Part shown: in pieces, positions 22,365 to 33,270 of the stretch
Layout: each line of letters starts with the position of its first letter
Position numbering within the stretch: the stretch's first letter is position 1
NCBI GenBank assembly: GCA_036339465.1
Contig: JAYZAY010000024.1
Location: 21,801-85,800, forward strand
Length of the DNA: 64,000 bases
DNA from: Myxococcota bacterium
GTDB taxonomy: Bacteria > Myxococcota > XYA12-FULL-58-9 > JABJBS01
Direction of reading: 5' to 3'
Notes under the pieces: generated by a model
Seen by the model: only the letters and a program-made list of their open reading frames with translations
Database searches by the model: none
Told to the model about the DNA's origin: nothing
Made by a program: the position numbers and the translations under genes

Positions 22365-23495
22365 TTGCTCAGGCTGGCCTTGATGTTTGATGGTTTTAGG
22401 AATGTGGCTCGTTTGGCGCGGTGGCTTGGCCCATGGGCCGACGATGCTTTTCTGCCTAGAGGTATTCAACGGGAGGAGGTGTCATATCCCATGGGGAACG
22501 GCGGTGGTTCTGTGCGGGTGTGGGCGTATTGGCCGCAAAGAAAGAAACTGAAAGGGGCCTATCTTTTGGGACCGGGATTTCATTTTCTTGGTGCTCCCCA
22601 TCCTCGGATGGATAGGCTTGCGCGTGTGTTAGCATCAGTAGGTAACCTCGTTTTTTCGCCTTTTATCAGTGACTACATGAATATGAGGATCCGTCCGGAC
22701 TCAGCGGAGGAGTTCAAGGCCGCATTTGATGGCCTTTTGGTGCATCCGCGTTTCCCAGCTGGTGTCAAGCCGGGGGTGTTTGCTATTTCTTTTGGTTCAT
22801 GGCTCGCGTTGAAATTGGCCACAGATTCTCGACGCGGATCGCGAGTGGGGGGGATGGTTCTCTTTGGTGGCTATGCAGATTGGGAAGAAACCATCGAGTT
22901 TACAGTCAGTGGTGAAATTCGAGGGGTTTCTCAAGGCGCCTATGATATCCGCAATGTTGCTGCAGTTTTTAGGCATTTACTTGAGGCATTTGATGTTTCT
23001 GATGATGTTGGGCTGCTGTTAAATCAACGTTGGATGGAATTGATTCGTCGTACTTGGGAGATCGACAGCATGAAAACTCGGAAGGCCTGTGCTGATCTGG
23101 CGGCGGAGTTAATGGTGGGGTTACCGGAGAAAGTACGTCCCTTATTTTTACAGGGATGCGGGGTTGGTGGAGGCGCCAAAGAGGTTGTTCAAAAAGGTTT
23201 GGAGAGTTTGGATTTTAGTTATTTAAATACAGGAAGTGATTTCCCAAAGATTTCTTGTCCCGTCTATTTGGTCCACGGCTATGATGATGACGTGATTCCT
23301 TATTCCCAGTCGCAAAAGCTATTTGAGATGTTGCCGTCCCATATTGAAAAGGACCTCTTGTTGACTGGGCTTTATGGCCATAGTCGGAGTGAGAAAGGTG
23401 GGTTGAGTGGCAAACTGGGGGCCGTTATTACAGAACTCGTGGTTATGTTCAGAATGTTGAAAGTGTTGGAGGAAATAGGGCGTAAGGGCGCTTAA
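22365..23495 (+). CDS. Alpha/beta hydrolase fold protein
   Basis: AISFG nucleophile elbow, HGYDDDVIP, GLYGH; start uncertain. Confidence 0.7.
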   Translation: MLRLALMFDGFRNVARLARWLGPWADDAFLPRGIQREEVSYPMGNGGGSVRVWAYWPQRKKLKGAYLLGPGFHFLGAPHPRMDRLARVLASVGNLVFSPFISDYMNMRIRPDSAEEFKAAFDGLLVHPRFPAGVKPGVFAISFGSWLALKLATDSRRGSRVGGMVLFGGYADWEETIEFTVSGEIRGVSQGAYDIRNVAAVFRHLLEAFDVSDDVGLLLNQRWMELIRRTWEIDSMKTRKACADLAAELMVGLPEKVRPLFLQGCGVGGGAKEVVQKGLESLDFSYLNTGSDFPKISCPVYLVHGYDDDVIPYSQSQKLFEMLPSHIEKDLLLTGLYGHSRSEKGGLSGKLGAVITELVVMFRMLKVLEEIGRKGA

Positions 23496-23513
23496 GCAAA
23501 GCCCTCTTGATGG

Positions 23514-24224
23514 CTACTTTGAATAGCTCTTTGTTATGGGCAATTTTTCGAGACTCTTTTCAAGCCAGCTCCACTTTTTACTGTGGCCCGCGGGGGGGGC
23601 GTAAATCTGGACTTTTCCGTAGAACACATCGTCGCCGGTGTTCTTAATGGACCAGGAGTTTATCGTTTGGGAAGGGTTTGCGAAGTAGAAATGGTAAGGA
23701 TTTGTATCTCTTCGATTGATGCTTATTGGGGCATTGTTGTGGTTGAGCTCTAGGGTGCTACCCCGAATAAAGAGAATTTCGAGCCGAGAACTTGGATTTA
23801 AGGGGGCGGAGGCCAACCAGGATTGCCCAGGACGAAGTTGGATGAACTTATCGAAGTTCATTTTCATAGCCTGATTGCTGTGCGCTTTGATATCTTCGAT
23901 AAGGCCTCGGTAGGCAAAAAGCTCATCATTCAAAAGGGCGATGGTTGCAGTGTCGTTGGCGGTATTCTTATTGGCTGTGGATAAGCTAAATCGCATTGCT
24001 TTCGCATCACTTTCGGCTTTTTCAAGGGATTCGAAGGACAGGCCCAGCCCCATGATTACAAGAAGGAGAGCCGTCCACCCTATGGGGGTGACCTTCTGGG
24101 CGGAGAGGGTGGCATTATCCCAAGTACGAAAGCGCAAAGCTACGATGGTACCTATGGTCACCATGGCAGGCCCCAAATAAGTCATGGTATTTTCCCATCT
24201 CACAGTCAACGATAACCTCCGCAT
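23514..24224 (-). CDS. Hypothetical membrane-anchored protein
   Basis: Two N-terminal hydrophobic segments, helical linker, beta-rich C-terminus; start may be 24185. Confidence 0.6.
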   Translation of the reverse strand: MRRLSLTVRWENTMTYLGPAMVTIGTIVALRFRTWDNATLSAQKVTPIGWTALLLVIMGLGLSFESLEKAESDAKAMRFSLSTANKNTANDTATIALLNDELFAYRGLIEDIKAHSNQAMKMNFDKFIQLRPGQSWLASAPLNPSSRLEILFIRGSTLELNHNNAPISINRRDTNPYHFYFANPSQTINSWSIKNTGDDVFYGKVQIYAPPAGHSKKWSWLEKSLEKLPITKSYSK

Positions 24225-25698
24225 TTAGCCCAAAGCTTGGAAAGGATGCAATCCTAATTCAAAAAAAGAAAGTACACCGGGATTTTTAGGCCATACCAAT
24301 AGGTATTAAGGAGCAGTTTTTCATGAGGCTACCATCTTTGCATGAAAGGCTTTTGGCTGCACCTGGGCTGCTGTAGCGAGAAACGAGAAAATCAACATTT
24401 TTGGCATCATCATGACTAAGATTGGTCCAAAGATAGTCTTTGTAACCTTTTTTCTTTGTGAGAAACCTTAAAGTGAATTTTTATGGGCTTGAACCATCTC
24501 ACAACCGACTGCCCACCCCAGAACGTGTCGGGTTATGGGAACCCGAATCTTAAGTTGTTGGCTGCAAAAATGTGTTCACTGCACTTCGAACAATGGTACT
24601 GCCGTTTCGGTTGAATCCCTTTTCGAGATGGTGCGCCAGAAATAAAAAACGCAGCGATCCCATCAAACAACCAATCCTCTTTCTTCTCGAAGCGGCTCGG
24701 GGCTTTCATGTTCTCCTGCGGTGTTGAGTGAGGTAGGGTGCAGTGTCACACCTATCGCTTTGAGCATTGGTGATGACCCCATTTCTCTGGAGTTTATGGT
24801 GGGGTTTTTGTGACCGTATGGTCTGTGGTGTTGCATGCTCCCCAAGCCATAACCGGTTCCGGTGTCTTACGGAATCAAGGAGGTCTAGCAGAGGAGGCGT
24901 CGAGTCGATTTGAGTTAGCGTTGCTTCTGGGGGGGGGATGCGGTTTACCAAAGAGCGGCCTGTTCCCGGAGTTTTATCGACACCATCTTGGGGGCGTTGA
25001 CAGTACGACAGTCTCGGTTGCTATTTCAGAAGCGTATTTGGCTGCGCGATTTGTAGGTGACGCTCTTCTGTTTTTTTTGATTCTAGTTTTCACTTATGAG
25101 AATGGCAAGTAGGGGCGGTCGCATAAAATGGAAATACTTTTGAGCTTCGGATTACCAATCCTTTCGTCAATAGATTGATCTTTATAGACATGGGGGGGAT
25201 GCGTTGGCGTGAATGCTTTTAGGTTTTGGATGATTCGCCGAACATCCGCTCCAAGGTATGTCGCTGGCGATGGTTTATGCTGACGAAAAAGTAGGGCCTT
25301 TTGACGATGAATTCGCGGGTCTGTGGATTCGAAGAGATGAGAGGATTTTAAGGTAAGAGACGGAAAAGCAGAGGCATAAGCTGTTCAAGTAAGCCGTGTC
25401 GATTTTAATCTAAGCAACACTTGGCGGTTCGTTTTTGAAACGAGGGTCGTTTTGGGCGGGGTATGGATGATGCCAAGTTTGAGCTAGGATTGGATGGCAG
25501 ATAATATGCATTATGGTGAAAATAGCGTGTGGGTGGATGTGGGCTCAGGGCTTGAGTCATGGGCTGGCACATTGGGGAGCGTAGCTTGGAGGTTTGGTTG
25601 GCTAAAACCGGAATTCTAGTCCCTGCGGGTTTGCGGGGATCTGTGCTTTGGTCGTTGAATGCTTGGTTCTAATCGAGGGAGGCCGATATGTAGGGGAT

Positions 25699-26115
25699 TT
25701 ATTGGTTGAAATTCGTGGTTGAAACTCGCTCCATAAGCCATCGCAACAGTTCCACATTTCCGAAGGCCCGTACTTGAACATTTTGGCCTGAGAATAGATT
25801 TTGTGGCTCAGCCCCGTCTTCGAAACATTTGGCGACTGCGGGGCCGAAAATAATGCCCACACTGGGGTTCTCAGAAATGCCGCGTTTGATGGTCAGTGAG
25901 TCTCCCAATAGCTCGTAAAAGGCGGAATATCCTGGGCTCCCTGAGACCAAGAATTGGATAGAAAGAAACTGCTGTGGGGAAGCAACGGTTCCATGTTGGA
26001 TGAGCATTGGAAGGAAATCCTCGAAATACGCTTGGCACCGTTCTAGGGGGAATTCCTTAGGCTTAGGCTCTTCGATTAGAGATTCGAGATTTGCGAATAA
26101 AGCTGAAGCCATCAT
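25699..26115 (-). CDS. SCP2 (sterol carrier protein 2)-like domain protein
   Basis: AAGGAG RBS before ATG 26115; IQFLVSG...LTIKRG..ENPSV...PQNLF...AFGNVELL resembles the SCP2 fold. Confidence 0.55.
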   Translation of the reverse strand: MMASALFANLESLIEEPKPKEFPLERCQAYFEDFLPMLIQHGTVASPQQFLSIQFLVSGSPGYSAFYELLGDSLTIKRGISENPSVGIIFGPAVAKCFEDGAEPQNLFSGQNVQVRAFGNVELLRWLMERVSTTNFNQ

Positions 26116-26308
26116 ATTCTCCTTGTTGAATCTTGACCATCTTTGACTCAATTGTCGGAAAATTACTTCGATATGTTGCGTCAGTTTTTAACTCTCTGTG
26201 TGGATTTTCGGCGTTTCAGGGTGTTACGACGAATGGAGCAACCTTTTTTTGCGGGTATCGATAATTCCGAGGAACAACAAGGAACCAAACTATTCTAAGG
26301 AGTTAGAA

Positions 26309-26503
26309 ATGTGGTTAGCAACAGCATTGACCCCGAGTCCCCGTCTTCGGCGCCCCGTTCGCCGACAAGCATCTGGGGCTTCTGAACGGCAAGCCTTAGA
26401 CCGCCTAAGGGAGTCGGTAGAACGTATTGACGCGCGACGATTCCCCATCATGGAGGACTTTATTTGGACTTTCTCGGTGACGGTTGAACAGGTTTTACTA
26501 TAA
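26309..26503 (+). CDS. Small hypothetical protein (64 aa)
   Basis: Strong AAGGAG RBS before ATG 26309; MWLATALTPSPRLRRPVRR...VEQVLL. Confidence 0.45.
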   Translation: MWLATALTPSPRLRRPVRRQASGASERQALDRLRESVERIDARRFPIMEDFIWTFSVTVEQVLL

Positions 26504-26667
26504 TTGTGGCTGTGGCCCGGTGGTAAAAATTAGGTGCTTAGACGCCACCAGTAGAACAAGTTACATCTGTTTTCCCTACGAGCGTCGGTTTTTTCTTCCC
26601 CCTTGTGCCCAGGTTGGCTATCTATTGGAGGGGATCGAGCAACCGAATTTTTGGGGAGACGTGTTCA

Positions 26668-27849
26668 ATGAGTTTTGCCGACAGCGACCTACTTTCACCG
26701 GACCTCCACACCAACAATCCCGAACCTTTTTCTGAATACTTAAGAGAAGAGGAACCGCTTTTCTGGGATAAGAGAAGCGAACTATGGGGCGTTTCGAGAT
26801 ACGATGATGTTCTTTTTGTTTCAAAGAACACCGATATTTTCTGTTCAGGCAAGGGGGTTGTTCCCAAGGTAGGGCAAGATGATTGGCCAGATGAGGCTAT
26901 GATCAATCTTGATGGCAAGGCCCACACCAGGCAACGTGCCCTCGTAAGTAAGGGGTTCTCGCCACGTCGAATCGCAGAAATAGAAGACTATATTCGGGAG
27001 GTTGTTTTACAACTTCTCGACGACATCGCAGCCAAGGGTCATGAGTTTGATGTGGTTCAAGATTTGGCCCGTCCATTACCCATGCGTATTATCGGTAAAA
27101 TGTTGGGCTATCCCCTCGATATTCAGGACAAGGTCCTGAAATGGACCGATGTCTACACCCATGCTGGTTGCGGCCCGGACCATATTACCGGGGAAGTGAT
27201 CGAAGCGTTTGGAAACTTTACCGAGTTTCATATGGAGATGATTGAGCAACGTAAGACCTGCCCTGGCGACGATTTATTGAGTGTGTGGCTCGACGCGGAA
27301 CTTGATGGTCACAAGTTAACAGAAGAGAAAATCCTTTTCGAACATAACCTGCTTTTGGTTGGAGGTAGCGAGACCACCCGTAATACCATCAGTTCAGGGT
27401 TTTACGAACTCATGAAAAACCGTGAGCAGATGTGCTACTTACAGGAGCATCCAGAGGCCATTCCGAAGGCGGTGGAAGAGATTATTCGTTGGGCGAGTCC
27501 TTTTGTGAGGATGGCTCGAACTTTGACCCAAGATTATACTTTGCACGATAAGACCATGAAGGAAGGACAACAAATTGTGGTTCTTTACCCTGCCGCGAAC
27601 CGCGACCCACGGGTTTTTGAGGATGCGCAGGTTTTTAATATTCATCGAGAGATGGAAAAACCCGCCCTTTCTTTTGGATACGGAAAACATTTTTGTTTGG
27701 GGGCTGCGTTGGCCCGCCTTGAAATGCGTGTCACTTTTGAAGAAGTCTTGGCGCGCTTTCCCGAAATGCGACTTAAAGAAGCTGTGGAGCCTACTGCCCA
27801 TCCGAGCTCTTTCATTCGCGGCCTTAAGCACCTGCCAGCATTGATTTGA
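26668..27849 (+). CDS. Cytochrome P450, CYP142/CYP125-like
   Basis: LLVGGSETTR I-helix, EEIIR (ExxR), ANRDP, FGYGKHFCLG heme motif; GGGGAG RBS before ATG 26668. Confidence 0.93.
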   Translation: MSFADSDLLSPDLHTNNPEPFSEYLREEEPLFWDKRSELWGVSRYDDVLFVSKNTDIFCSGKGVVPKVGQDDWPDEAMINLDGKAHTRQRALVSKGFSPRRIAEIEDYIREVVLQLLDDIAAKGHEFDVVQDLARPLPMRIIGKMLGYPLDIQDKVLKWTDVYTHAGCGPDHITGEVIEAFGNFTEFHMEMIEQRKTCPGDDLLSVWLDAELDGHKLTEEKILFEHNLLLVGGSETTRNTISSGFYELMKNREQMCYLQEHPEAIPKAVEEIIRWASPFVRMARTLTQDYTLHDKTMKEGQQIVVLYPAANRDPRVFEDAQVFNIHREMEKPALSFGYGKHFCLGAALARLEMRVTFEEVLARFPEMRLKEAVEPTAHPSSFIRGLKHLPALI

Positions 27850-27880
27850 CGCGAAGTTTTAGAGCAGGCCTGGATCTCCT

Positions 27881-28084
27881 CTAGGTTGTTTTTATGGAGA
27901 TGGCGCCCTTTGGACATCTGGCTTCTGCCTGGTAGATCGTTTCTTGCTCCACTCGGTCGACCCTCTCTTCAATCACGATGAGCTCATCGTTTTCTTCATC
28001 GATGGTGAAAACTTCGGGGGAAAAATCGTTGCAGATGAAATTCGATTCACAAAGGTCCCAATCGATCATGATTTTCATTGGCAT
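27881..28084 (-). CDS. [3Fe-4S] ferredoxin
   Basis: CESNFIC...CP motif; convergent with the P450 gene. Confidence 0.88.
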   Translation of the reverse strand: MPMKIMIDWDLCESNFICNDFSPEVFTIDEENDELIVIEERVDRVEQETIYQAEARCPKGAISIKTT

Positions 28085-28193
28085 TTTTTTCCCCGCTTAT
28101 GCTTCATGGCAATAGAACATGTTTCAAATTGCCTTTCCGGTGATCGGAAATCAAGGTGTTGTCTTCTTTTCGCGAGGACGATACCCATGCATT

Positions 28194-28871
28194 ATGGAGC
28201 AATTGGGACAACACGGTGAAAATCGATCCTTTGTTCTCGGCCATACTCGAGTGGGACGCCCTTCACTGGTTGCGGAATGCCCGCTTCACCTTGCCGATGC
28301 TGACAACCCTTTTTGGGAGCAGGCAATTGGTAACGAGTCTGAGAGTTGGCTTCCCCTTCCCTATTGGGCTTTCGCTTGGAGTGGCAGCCAGGCGTTGGCG
28401 CGCTACGTTTGGGACAATCCTCGTGTGGTTCGCGGGCTACGTGTACTGGATTTTGGCTCGGGTTCTGGCCTTTCGGGACTGGCGGCGGGTTTGATGGGCG
28501 CTAAAGAAGTGATCCTTAATGATATTGATCCTATGGCCATGGCCGCTGCCGAGTTAAATGCCGAGTTGAATCAGGTGGTGGTCCACTTGGAATCTTCAGA
28601 CCTCTTGTCGTCTGTGGTGCTACCTAAGGTAGATGTGGTGTTGGCCGGCGATGTTCACTATGAGGAGCCATTTGCCCGGCGGGTACAAGGTTGGTTGGAG
28701 GCTTGGGCTAAGAAGGGTGTGACCGTTTTGGTGGGAGACCCGGGTCGGGTCTATCTGCCCGAGATGAAATTCCAAATTGAGGCACAATATTGCCAAGATG
28801 CGTCAAACTGGTTTGAGGACCATGAACTTTGCCGAGCTAAAGTTCTCTCTCTTGAGAGCAATAGGTTATAA
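28194..28871 (+). CDS. SAM-dependent methyltransferase (PrmA/ETF-beta lysine MTase-like)
   Basis: PYWAFAWSG, VLDFGSGSG, LAGDVHYE, GDPGR. Confidence 0.85.
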   Translation: MEQLGQHGENRSFVLGHTRVGRPSLVAECPLHLADADNPFWEQAIGNESESWLPLPYWAFAWSGSQALARYVWDNPRVVRGLRVLDFGSGSGLSGLAAGLMGAKEVILNDIDPMAMAAAELNAELNQVVVHLESSDLLSSVVLPKVDVVLAGDVHYEEPFARRVQGWLEAWAKKGVTVLVGDPGRVYLPEMKFQIEAQYCQDASNWFEDHELCRAKVLSLESNRL

Positions 28872-28963
28872 TTGGTCGATTCGGGGCTAATTAGAGCGGC
28901 CTGAGCTTGTACTTTGTCCACGCACCTCCTAATAGAATGGCCATCCAGTACTGAAACCCTCGA

Positions 28964-31657
28964 GTGGAGACTCTAGAAATGAAAGACGCAACTCCCCGGC
29001 CAACTTATCTCAGTGACTATCGGGAACCCCATTATTTCATTGATGAGGTTGAGCTTCGTTTTGACCTTCATGAAAAAGAGAGCTTTGTTGATGCGACCAT
29101 CGCTTTTCGAAAAAACGACAAAGAGCCCGATCCGCATCCTTTGGTTCTGAATGGAGAGGGTCTTGAGCTTTTGATGTTGGCAATCAACGACATCCCCTTA
29201 GGTGAAGACCAATACTCGGTGACCTCCGAACTCCTAGAGATCCCCGAAGTACCCCAAGCGACTTTTACGCTTCGATCTCGGGTGCGTATCCATCCAGAAA
29301 AAAATACGAGTCTCGAAGGCCTTTATAAATCAGGTACCATGTTTTGCACGCAATGCGAGGCGCAAGGTTTTCGAAATATCACCTATTTCTTAGACCGTCC
29401 TGATGTCATGGCGAAGTATCGAACCACGATTGTCGCAGATAAAAACAAATACCCCGTGTTGTTGTCCAATGGTAACCCAGTGGACAAGGGGGGGACCGAA
29501 GATGGACGCCATTTCGTTACGTGGGAGGATCCGTTTAAGAAACCAGCCTATCTTTTTGCACTGGTCGCTGGGGATCTGTATTGCCATTCAGGCACCTACA
29601 AAACGAAGGGAGGGCGCCATGTAGCCCTTGAAATATTCGTGGAACATACCGACGCGAATAAGTGTGAACACGCCCTCTATTCTCTGATCGAGTCCATGCG
29701 ATGGGATGAAGAAGTTTTCGACCTTGAGTATGACCTCGATATTTACATGATTGTGGCTGTCAACGATTTCAACTTCGGTGCCATGGAGAATAAAGGTCTC
29801 AATATATTCAACGCTAAATATGTTTTGGCGCGTCCAGAGACAGCCACCGATTCCGATTATGCAGGGATCCTCGGGGTGATTGGCCACGAATATTTTCACA
29901 ATTGGACAGGCAACCGAGTTACATGTCGCGATTGGTTCCAACTTAGTTTGAAGGAAGGTTTGACCGTTTTTAGGGACCAGGAGTTTTCGTCGGATATGAC
30001 CTCGCGGGCCGTTAAACGGATCCAGGAAGTTAACTATTTGAGAAAATATCAATTCCCTGAAGATGCTGGTCCCATGGCCCATCCCATTCGTCCGGATAGC
30101 TATATTGAGATTAATAATTTTTATACCTCGACTGTCTACAATAAGGGAGCAGAGATTATTCGAATGCTTCACACCATTGTGGGTAAAGAGAATTTTCATA
30201 AGGGGATGAAGCTCTATTTCCAACGGCATGACGGTCAAGCGGTGACCACCGAAGATTTTGTGGGGGCTATGGCGGATGCTTCCGATGTGGATATGACTCA
30301 ATTTAAGCGGTGGTATTGTCAGGCAGGCACACCGAAGGTCACTGTCTCCTATAGTTTTCAGCCAACCAAAGGTGTCGTGAAACTCGAACTTCAACAAGAG
30401 GGAACGCCGACCCCCGGCCAGCCAGAAAAAGAAAATTATGTTATTCCGGTGAAGATTGGCTTTGTCCAGGCTGAAGGCGGTAGTGCCGCTTGGTCGGCGA
30501 TGCAAACCGGTGATGAAATTTGGAGCGAGGTTGAACACGAGCACCTTGTTCTCCTGACCGAAGCGACGACCACGCTTGTATTTAGAGGCTTTTCAGGAAA
30601 GGTCGTGCCCTCCCTATTTCGAGACTTTTCGGCACCCGTGCATGTGGAATGTCCCTATTCAGAAGACGATCTGGCTCTCTTGATGCAATCTGATAGCGAC
30701 TCGTTCAACCGGTGGGAGGCCGCGCAGAAAATGGCGACCGCCCAGATTGTCGCTCTGACCGATGAGCTGGATAAGCCAGATACGAAACTACCCTCCCCCA
30801 CCTTTCTAGATGCCTTTGGGGCATTGGTGAAGCAGGGATTGGATGAGGTGACCGACCCATTGCTTTTGGCGGAGATGTTGGAATTACCGTCGGTGGCGTA
30901 TGTCTTTGACTTGTGCCCGCATATTCCCATTCATCTGATTCACTCGGCGCGAGAGCGTTTGAGGTTAAGGTTTGCACAACATTCGGTGACCGATTTTAAA
31001 GAGGTCTATGAATATTGTGTTTGGGATGGAGAATACACGTTCAATTCGAAAGAGGCTGGGCGCCGTGCTTTGTTAAATAAATCTTTGAGTTATTGGGTGG
31101 CCACAGGGGATCCCGAGGCAGCGAAGGCAGCGAAGGCGCAATTTGAGAATGCAAACAATATGACAGACCAGATTGGGGCGTTGGGTGCTTTGAATAACAA
31201 CGATAGCTCGGAGCGAGAAGCCGTTTTCGATTCGTTTTATGGGACTTGGTCAAAGGAACCCTTGGTCTTGGATAAGTGGTTCGTTTTACAAGCAACTTCG
31301 AGCCGTGAAAATACCTTCGAGGTGGTCGAGAAACTCACAAACCATGAGGATTTTGACCGTCGTAATCCAAATAGGGTCCGTTCTCTACTCGGCGCATTTA
31401 GTCTCGAAAATCTCTACCATTTTCATCGTGACGATGGTGGGGGATACCGTCTTTTGGCCAACGAGATTAAGACGCTGAATGGTATCAACCCCCAGGTTGC
31501 AGGACGTCTAAGCAGGGCATTTGGTGTTTATCCAAAACTTGACGAAAACCGCCGAACCCTTCTTAAGGAAGTGCTCGTCGATCTTTTGAAGGTCGACGAT
31601 TTATCGAAGGATGTTTTTGAGATTGTCAAAAAGACTCTAGAAAGTTGCCCTTCTTAG
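28964..31657 (+). CDS. pepN: Aminopeptidase N
   Basis: TQCEAQGFR, GAMENKG, HEYFH, LKEG, NPNRVRSL. Confidence 0.97.
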   Translation: METLEMKDATPRPTYLSDYREPHYFIDEVELRFDLHEKESFVDATIAFRKNDKEPDPHPLVLNGEGLELLMLAINDIPLGEDQYSVTSELLEIPEVPQATFTLRSRVRIHPEKNTSLEGLYKSGTMFCTQCEAQGFRNITYFLDRPDVMAKYRTTIVADKNKYPVLLSNGNPVDKGGTEDGRHFVTWEDPFKKPAYLFALVAGDLYCHSGTYKTKGGRHVALEIFVEHTDANKCEHALYSLIESMRWDEEVFDLEYDLDIYMIVAVNDFNFGAMENKGLNIFNAKYVLARPETATDSDYAGILGVIGHEYFHNWTGNRVTCRDWFQLSLKEGLTVFRDQEFSSDMTSRAVKRIQEVNYLRKYQFPEDAGPMAHPIRPDSYIEINNFYTSTVYNKGAEIIRMLHTIVGKENFHKGMKLYFQRHDGQAVTTEDFVGAMADASDVDMTQFKRWYCQAGTPKVTVSYSFQPTKGVVKLELQQEGTPTPGQPEKENYVIPVKIGFVQAEGGSAAWSAMQTGDEIWSEVEHEHLVLLTEATTTLVFRGFSGKVVPSLFRDFSAPVHVECPYSEDDLALLMQSDSDSFNRWEAAQKMATAQIVALTDELDKPDTKLPSPTFLDAFGALVKQGLDEVTDPLLLAEMLELPSVAYVFDLCPHIPIHLIHSARERLRLRFAQHSVTDFKEVYEYCVWDGEYTFNSKEAGRRALLNKSLSYWVATGDPEAAKAAKAQFENANNMTDQIGALGALNNNDSSEREAVFDSFYGTWSKEPLVLDKWFVLQATSSRENTFEVVEKLTNHEDFDRRNPNRVRSLLGAFSLENLYHFHRDDGGGYRLLANEIKTLNGINPQVAGRLSRAFGVYPKLDENRRTLLKEVLVDLLKVDDLSKDVFEIVKKTLESCPS

Positions 31658-33270
31658 GCCCAGCCGGCTCGAATGAATTCGGCGGCTTTCTCACCGATGA
31701 GAATGGATGGCGCGTTGGTATTTCCCCCTGTGATGGAGGGCATAATGGCAGCGTCAGCGACCCTTAAACCTTCGATTCCGTTGACTTTGAGAAACGGATC
31801 CACAACCGATCGTTCATCGCTTCCCATTCTGCATGTGCCTACTGGGTGATAGACCGTGCAGACCCGGTTGGGGATTTCTTTGCGAAGATTGTTTTCATCG
31901 AAAAAGCTGGGACCGGGTTCTAATTCACCATGAATGAAGTCTTTGATGTGTGCATGGTTCATGATCTCTCGTGTCAGCTTGATCCCACTAACCAAGGTTT
32001 CTAAATCATCGGGTTGGGCGAGGAAATTGGGATCGATAATAGGTGCATCCGTCGGGGAGTTGCTTCTAAGGGTGAGGGTTCCCCTGCTTTTGGGATAGAG
32101 CATGGTGGGAAGAACCGTCAGGGCGGGGCGCTTGTCTACGTTGGGGGGGCCTGGTGCATCCTGATTGGGTGCGGGGTAGGCCCAGGGTAAACTATGTAAT
32201 TGAAGGTTGGGAATAGGTTCACTTGGATTGGTCTTGATGAACGCTCCGCTCTCAAAAACCGTGCGACCGAACCAGGTTTTTCCTTTATTAAGCCATTCTT
32301 GAATCATACCCCCCAAAAAATAGAAGGCGGTTCCTCGATGGCGACATTCGGGGGCGAGGAAAGTAAGAGGGAAAAACAAATGGTCGTGCAAGTTTTGGCC
32401 GACGGGAAGGTTTTGAATGGTTTTGATGTTATGTTTTGCCAATTCAGCTTCTGGGCCCACCCCAGAGAGCATCAGGATCTGAGCGCTTCCGATGACTCCC
32501 GCACTTAGGATAACCTCTGAACGCGCTTCTACCGTCTTCTCAATGCCCTGTTGTGAGAATGTGATACCCTTGGCTTTGTTGCCCTCGATATTTACCTTTT
32601 GGACTAAGCAGTGTGTCTCAACGTGCAAATTGGGTGGAAGTACCTGACCTCTCAAGTATGATTCGGAGGTGCTATAGCGGAGTCCTTCAATGGCCGACAT
32701 CTGGTATGAAAGGGAGCCTTCTTGTTTACCTGCGTTGTAATCTTCGAGAAAGGGGACATTACAAACCGCATTAACTGATTGTACAAATGCTTCCGACACC
32801 GGGCCAATACTGGGGTGGTTACTGATTTTGACAGGGCCCGAGGTACCACGAAAATCAGATTGAGGTCCGTGATAATTCTCCAGTCGCTTATAGGCAGGAA
32901 GCACCGATTCAAAATCCCAGCCAGGACACCCATCGGCCGCCCAGTCATCAAAGTTCTGACGATTACCACGGACGAAGAGCATCCCATTGATAGCACTTGA
33001 CCCTCCGAGGCATTTGCCCCTCGTGTAGGGGATCTTGCGATTGAGTGCGTGGGTTTGGGGCTCGGTATAATAGCCCCAGTCGAATTTCTTTTTGATTTGC
33101 GGCACCGTGTGAATCACCGAGACCATTCCCGGTTGCCGGCAGAACGCGGACATATCGCTACGGCCCGCTTCCAAGAGAAGCACCTCCACATTGGGATTTT
33201 CTGCAAGCCGGGCCGCCGTTGCACACCCCGCTGAACCGGCGCCCACAACGATGTAGTCATAACTGCTCAT
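31654..33270 (-). CDS. GMC family FAD oxidoreductase
   Basis: GAGSAG, GGSSAING, YHPVGTC, GGNTNAP. Confidence 0.93.
   Translation of the reverse strand: MSSYDYIVVGAGSAGCATAARLAENPNVEVLLLEAGRSDMSAFCRQPGMVSVIHTVPQIKKKFDWGYYTEPQTHALNRKIPYTRGKCLGGSSAINGMLFVRGNRQNFDDWAADGCPGWDFESVLPAYKRLENYHGPQSDFRGTSGPVKISNHPSIGPVSEAFVQSVNAVCNVPFLEDYNAGKQEGSLSYQMSAIEGLRYSTSESYLRGQVLPPNLHVETHCLVQKVNIEGNKAKGITFSQQGIEKTVEARSEVILSAGVIGSAQILMLSGVGPEAELAKHNIKTIQNLPVGQNLHDHLFFPLTFLAPECRHRGTAFYFLGGMIQEWLNKGKTWFGRTVFESGAFIKTNPSEPIPNLQLHSLPWAYPAPNQDAPGPPNVDKRPALTVLPTMLYPKSRGTLTLRSNSPTDAPIIDPNFLAQPDDLETLVSGIKLTREIMNHAHIKDFIHGELEPGPSFFDENNLRKEIPNRVCTVYHPVGTCRMGSDERSVVDPFLKVNGIEGLRVADAAIMPSITGGNTNAPSILIGEKAAEFIRAGWA

Noticed and set aside
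29588..30544. 318-aa antisense ORF inside pepN (and similar shadow ORFs in guaA, lepA, valS and the VIT gene)
   Set aside because: Antisense shadows of well-conserved genes, with no recognisable motifs
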